From positions 10,951 through 74,950 of the forward strand of contig JAQWIW010000003.1 of NCBI GenBank assembly GCA_029248665.1: a stretch of 64,000 nt of DNA, in the 5' to 3' direction. Positions within the stretch are counted from its first letter, which is position 1; each line of letters starts with the position of its first letter. Position numbers and translations under genes: made by a program. The stretch is from Opitutia bacterium. GTDB taxonomy: Bacteria; Verrucomicrobiota; Verrucomicrobiia; Opitutales; Coraliomargaritaceae. This document shows positions 60,141 to 64,000 of the stretch, piece after piece. The notes beneath the pieces are model-generated. The model was given only the letters and a program-made list of their open reading frames with translations. It ran no database searches and was not told where the DNA came from.

Positions 60141-61199
60141 TTAGAAAGCGTAAAGTAATTCTACAGCAAGCGAATCTTGATCTGCTGCGTACTTACTCTC
60201 TTCCGAACTATATTCTAGGATTAAAGCAAGGTCATCACTTAAGGCTGAATTATGGGCCAATGTAATCTTTTCTGCATCCACCTTATAATTAGCAAGGGCA
60301 TTATTAGCAGTGATACCAACAGTATCACCATTTATATCGCTGTAACGGAGGGTCACAGAAGCCTTGTCGGAATAGCTGTAATTTGCGAAGAGTGAAAATA
60401 GATCTATGTCTGCTTCTGACAATGAAGTATTCAATGGTGCGTTTGAAATATTTTGAAGTAATTCACCAGAAAACAGAATATTACCACCATTAGAATTATC
60501 CCCTGTTACGAATTCGCCGCCGAGTACCCAAGGGCCTTCCTCATAAGTCAGGTGTATATTGAGGATGTCGCCATCGTTATTATTTGCATCGTCTTCAGTA
60601 AAACGACCCCCGATAAATCCAGTCACTTTGTCACTGAGTTTTCCAGAATAACTGACTTCATAAGAATAGTCACCATTACCGTCAGTTGCAGTAGAAGTAG
60701 CATTACCATCACCGATTTTGTCATCTCCGTTATCGACTAAGGAAATGGCCCAGCCACCTTGAGAGTATTTAATCCCTTGGTCGCTGTTATCGTATAATGC
60801 TGCATTGAAGTTATTTCCGTAGAAATCATAGGCATTTGAATACTGGTATAAGCCAGTCGGTTCTGAAGCATCTTGCAAAAGCATAGTTTCAAAACGACCT
60901 ACTGTTACCATACCACCATCGGTTAAAGTGTAGGTGATATAAGCTTCTTCAACGTTTAGATTTCCATCGGCATCTTCATATTCGATATCTAACTGACCTG
61001 TAACGGGTCCGCCATTATTGAATGTGAAGTCCACTTCAACTTGATCGATGCCTGATGTGGATTCTACTTCATTGTCGGCATCTAGATAAGACATATCGAC
61101 AAAGCCACTGACCGAGACTGACTCAGTCAGCATGGTATCAGCAAATGCGATACCCGTAACTGCAATAAATGCAGCCAATAATTTTAATATTTTATTCAT
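60141..61199 (-). CDS. outer-membrane beta-barrel porin (acidic, putative)
   Basis: Signal peptide MNKILKLLAAFIAVTGIAFA. Alternating amphipathic beta-strand pattern. The terminal 'LAVELLYAF' has the C-terminal aromatic residue typical of OMPs. Confidence 0.65.
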   Translation of the reverse strand: MNKILKLLAAFIAVTGIAFADTMLTESVSVSGFVDMSYLDADNEVESTSGIDQVEVDFTFNNGGPVTGQLDIEYEDADGNLNVEEAYITYTLTDGGMVTVGRFETMLLQDASEPTGLYQYSNAYDFYGNNFNAALYDNSDQGIKYSQGGWAISLVDNGDDKIGDGNATSTATDGNGDYSYEVSYSGKLSDKVTGFIGGRFTEDDANNNDGDILNIHLTYEEGPWVLGGEFVTGDNSNGGNILFSGELLQNISNAPLNTSLSEADIDLFSLFANYSYSDKASVTLRYSDINGDTVGITANNALANYKVDAEKITLAHNSALSDDLALILEYSSEESKYAADQDSLAVELLYAF

Positions 61200-61240
61200 G
61201 TTTATTTGTTTGTTTTTATTTGTTTGTTTTTATTTGTTTT
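61200..61240. repeat. tandem repeat, 14-nt unit ATTTGTTTGTTTTT x2 plus a 9-nt partial copy, directly upstream of the porin start codon
   Basis: Units lie at 61204-61217 and 61218-31, with the partial copy at 61232-40. On the coding (minus) strand it reads AAAAACAAACAAAT repeated, giving an A/C-rich leader. Confidence 0.85.
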
Positions 61241-61287
61241 ATCTAATTCTCATCCTTTGAGCTAAACGTCATTCATACACTGTGTAT

Positions 61288-61866
61288 TTAGTGGCCTTTA
61301 GTTCGATCAGGCTTAGAATTAAAATTCGTAAAATCTGGTTTTTGGTAAGCCACGACTAAATCGTCTTTGAACGAGACCTGACCCTTCAATTGAGTCCCGT
61401 TAAATCGGCCTCCTATTTCGTAAAAAAAGACCGTATCCACTCTCGGTTTCATTGAACTGATCCAACGAGGCGGATTCCCTAAGGCTTCAATAACTGCACG
61501 TTTAGAAATTCCTTTCTTAATCAGTGCCCATTGAGTGGGATCCGTCCAACGATACTTTCTCCAAGCATTTTCTTTAGCCAGATGCATCCCAACGAATTGA
61601 TTCCCCGAATTAGGGACTTCAATATTTTCAGGATTTGATTCAACTCTCTCATACTGCTTTAATCGAAATTCTAAATTCGAAACACGAATTTTCAGATCGT
61701 TAACAGTATTGACTAGTTCAGCTATAGAATCACTTGATGCGAGCTTCACATCAGATGCGTTCAATAAATTGACTGTACCACAAAGAACAAAGAGAATGAA
61801 TGTAGGTATAAAGATGAAGCCCGTATTCCCTGCGCGAACGCAGGTTTCGCGAATAGTCGGTTTCAT
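61288..61866 (-). CDS. membrane-anchored protein with coiled-coil and BamE/SmpA-OmlA-like C-terminal domain (hypothetical)
   Basis: Start trimmed to MKPTIRE (61866). It has a TM anchor 'GFIFIPTFILFVLCGTV' and a coiled segment 'LVNTVNDLKIRVSNLEFRLKQYE'. The C-terminal 'GISKRAVIEALGNPPRW ... GQVSFKDDLVVAYQKP' resembles BamE-like domains. Confidence 0.4.
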   Translation of the reverse strand: MKPTIRETCVRAGNTGFIFIPTFILFVLCGTVNLLNASDVKLASSDSIAELVNTVNDLKIRVSNLEFRLKQYERVESNPENIEVPNSGNQFVGMHLAKENAWRKYRWTDPTQWALIKKGISKRAVIEALGNPPRWISSMKPRVDTVFFYEIGGRFNGTQLKGQVSFKDDLVVAYQKPDFTNFNSKPDRTKGH

Positions 61867-62016
61867 AAATATAACGATAAATAGATAAGAAAATCTAAGG
61901 ATTGCAAGAAAAAAAAAGCCCCTTGAGGCAAGCAGTACAGATTTTAAAAAAATGTGTTTACTAAAATAGAACTCAGCTACTCTTGCATTTTGAGAAAAAA
62001 TCAACACATAGGAACT

Positions 62017-62484
62017 ATGGCATATGAATATACTGCATACCGAAAAGTAGAATTCTCGGATACCGATATGGCGGGACTCGTCCACTTTTCTAATTATTTT
62101 CGATATATGGAAATCGCTGAACGAGATTTTTTTCAATCTCTTGGCGTGAGTTTGATCCAATCCATCCCGAATGATCTTGTGGGCTATCCAAGAAGTCGTG
62201 CCGAATGCAAATTTTCTGCCCCGCTACGTTTTGGCGACACAGTCAAAATCCACCTGGCGATTAAGGCGATTAAAGACCGTGCCATTGATTACCAGTATCG
62301 GCTTTACCGCGATAGCGATGAAAATCCCATCCCTGTAGCCAAAGGGCATATAACCACAATTTACACCGAGCTTACCGAAGATGGAGAGCTACAGTCTAAA
62401 CCTCTTCCACAAGCCCTTCTCGAAAAAATTGAAGAAGCCCCTCAATCTGTCCTTCGCCCGGAAAACCCAGAAGAAACTCGCTAA
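62017..62484 (+). CDS. acyl-CoA thioesterase, 4HBT/YbgC hot-dog family
   Basis: '[29 protein letters not shown]' is the YbgC-type catalytic Asp region. Start placed at the ATG at 62017. Confidence 0.8.
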   Translation: MAYEYTAYRKVEFSDTDMAGLVHFSNYFRYMEIAERDFFQSLGVSLIQSIPNDLVGYPRSRAECKFSAPLRFGDTVKIHLAIKAIKDRAIDYQYRLYRDSDENPIPVAKGHITTIYTELTEDGELQSKPLPQALLEKIEEAPQSVLRPENPEETR

Positions 62485-62495
62485 AGCGGATAATT

Positions 62496-63278
62496 ATGGC
62501 TACATACAGAGCATTGGTGACAAATGATGATGGTATCGATTCTCTTTTCTTACATCGTCTTGTTGAAGCACTTCTTCCAAATTTCACCGTTTCTGTTGCC
62601 GCTCCAAAAACAGAGCAAAGTTGGATAGGACGAGCGATAAGTCGTCATTCCGAGATTCGTATAGAAAAAAATGAGGGCATTTTCCCTAAAGAGGTCGAGG
62701 CCTGGAGTCTCACAGGTACGCCAAGTGATTGCGTGAATATTACTCTTGGTCATCTTTTATCAAGCCCGCCTGATATTGTTCTCTCTGGGATCAATCTGGG
62801 CTACAACACTACCGAAATTTTAATCCTTAGTTCAGGCACAATTGCTGGTGCAATAGAGGGGACACTTTGGGGAATTCCTTCGATCGCCTTTAGCCAAGCT
62901 ATCCCCAACGCACTTTATTCAGAAATTAGCAAAAATAAGGGGCAGACCGATGAACGCTTCAACTCAGTGGTTCAAGCATCCGCTGAAAAAGCGGCCCAGC
63001 TCGCCCTTGAAACGATTCAGAAGCCTCCCAAAAAAGGTACGATTCTGAATGTTAATTTCCCAGAAACTATGAATACTGGGACAGATATTGAGATAACTCA
63101 GCCTGCCAAAATTCATTTGGGCAGTTTATATACAGAGGTAGAAAAAGATTGTTTTCGCTTTCAGTATGCAGAAGGCAAACGCCTGTGTAGCAACTCGCAA
63201 AGCGACCGAGACGCATTGACCCGAGGTAATGTCAGCATTAGTGAACTTGATTTTAGCCAAATTGGCAGACCTCAATAA
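62496..63278 (+). CDS. surE: 5'/3'-nucleotidase SurE
   Basis: 'ALVTNDDGIDS', 'GINLGYN' and 'SGTIAGAIEG'. Confidence 0.93.
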   Translation: MATYRALVTNDDGIDSLFLHRLVEALLPNFTVSVAAPKTEQSWIGRAISRHSEIRIEKNEGIFPKEVEAWSLTGTPSDCVNITLGHLLSSPPDIVLSGINLGYNTTEILILSSGTIAGAIEGTLWGIPSIAFSQAIPNALYSEISKNKGQTDERFNSVVQASAEKAAQLALETIQKPPKKGTILNVNFPETMNTGTDIEITQPAKIHLGSLYTEVEKDCFRFQYAEGKRLCSNSQSDRDALTRGNVSISELDFSQIGRPQ

Positions 63279-63383
63279 ACGATGCCATCATAACTAATAG
63301 AAATTGGTATTTTTAAAAAAAAATAAAAAAGATAATTTCGATTGTTAAATGCAGAAGAACCCCTTAAAAACGAAACTACAATT

Positions 63384-64000
63384 ATGTTACGTTCAATACG
63401 CACAGCATTCATTACTGGAATATTGATTTTACTGCCACTAGGAGTCACTGTATTTATTATTGGCATTATTCTTGATCGCATCGGCAATCCAGCCAGCGAA
63501 CTCTTTTTCCGTTTTATCGATCAAAATATTAGAGAACTACCGGCCGTAGAAATTCCTCTACAGCTACTTTCCCTAATCATTGTATTTCTAATCATTACGG
63601 CATTAGGTTATTTTTCTAGAATCTTTATCGGACAACTACTCTTAAAGTTTTTTGAACGAATCCTAACTCGATTGCCTCTAGTCAGCCAAGTTTACAATAC
63701 AGTCAAGCAACTAGTAGATACTTTCAGTCAGCAAAAAAAAGCGGTCTTTCAAGAAGTAGTAATGATCGAATACCCTAGAAAAGGGGTCTATGCCATTGGT
63801 TTTTTAACCAACCAAGCCAAAGGCGAAGTCCAGTCCCTCACTGGCGAAAACTTAGTCAATGTCTTTGTTCCTACTACACCAAACCCAACGAGTGGATTTT
63901 TACTGATGCTTCCTCAAAAAGAAGTGATTTCTATGCAAATGAGTGTTGGCGATGGCATGAAGACAATTATTTCTGGCGGAGCGGTCACACCTCCTTTTAA
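63384..64000 (+). CDS. DUF502-domain membrane protein (partial; 3' end beyond the window)
   Basis: Not in the ORF track because there is no stop. Manual translation gives MLRSIRTAFITGILILLPLGVTVFII... with 'LPLVSQVYNTVKQL', 'VVMIEYPRKGVYAIGFLT' and 'VFVPTTPNPTSGFLLMLP', which are hallmark DUF502 motifs. Confidence 0.8.
   Translation, partial: MLRSIRTAFITGILILLPLGVTVFIIGIILDRIGNPASELFFRFIDQNIRELPAVEIPLQLLSLIIVFLIITALGYFSRIFIGQLLLKFFERILTRLPLVSQVYNTVKQLVDTFSQQKKAVFQEVVMIEYPRKGVYAIGFLTNQAKGEVQSLTGENLVNVFVPTTPNPTSGFLLMLPQKEVISMQMSVGDGMKTIISGGAVTPPF

Noticed and set aside
61867-62160. N-terminal 98 codons of the 290-aa track ORF 61288-62160.
   Set aside because: The extension overlaps the start of the well-supported thioesterase gene on the other strand. 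Its sequence looks like translated AT-rich promoter DNA. An internal ATG at 61866 precedes a plausible TM anchor, so the gene was trimmed.
1-64000. Search for rRNA, tRNA, CRISPR arrays, IS elements, prophage, toxin-antitoxin or defence-system genes.
   Set aside because: Intergenic regions are short and AT-rich. I saw no tRNA-like GC-rich cloverleaf segments, no regularly spaced direct repeats and no transposase or integrase motifs in any ORF.

Overview
AT-rich, gene-dense chromosomal segment (about 65 coding regions). I found no rRNA, tRNA, CRISPR array, transposase, integrase or phage genes. Several signatures suggest a PVC-superphylum bacterium, most likely Verrucomicrobiota (inference only): a PEP-CTERM protein plus an exosortase, a 52-aa 'small basic protein', LolA-like secreted proteins and a TMTC-like membrane/TPR protein. 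Most of the window is housekeeping. It holds NADH dehydrogenase I split into two minus-strand blocks (nuoBCDEFGHI at 11874-19593, nuoJKLMN at 40568-46377, no nuoA). It also holds a nusA-infB-rbfA-nrnA-truB-ribF-rluD cluster and amino-acid genes (leuA, a dapF homologue, serA, patB-like, thrC, lysC, hom, argG). Other core genes are argS, efp, obg, folA, an ABC-F ATPase, surE, plsY, coaC, a tandem crcB pair, a SulP transporter and ogg. I see no defence island or mobile element, so no strong new multi-gene system is claimed. The items most worth a second look are listed here. (1) A bacterial nitric-oxide synthase oxygenase gene wedged between lysC-thrC and hom. (2) A DapF homologue in which both catalytic cysteines are serine. 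(3) A cysteine-less FmdB-type zinc-ribbon homologue translationally coupled (TAATG) to an exosortase. (4) A PEP-CTERM two-gene surface-protein operon next to a LolA-like gene and an orphan GspF/PilC-family gene. (5) The split nuo operon lacking nuoA. (6) Two small ORFs missing from the ORF track: a TRASH-pattern mini-protein and the small basic protein. (7) A 14-nt tandem repeat forming an A/C-rich leader in front of a porin gene. Coordinates of motifs, hairpins and revised starts were counted by hand. All homology calls rest on recognised motifs, not on database searches.
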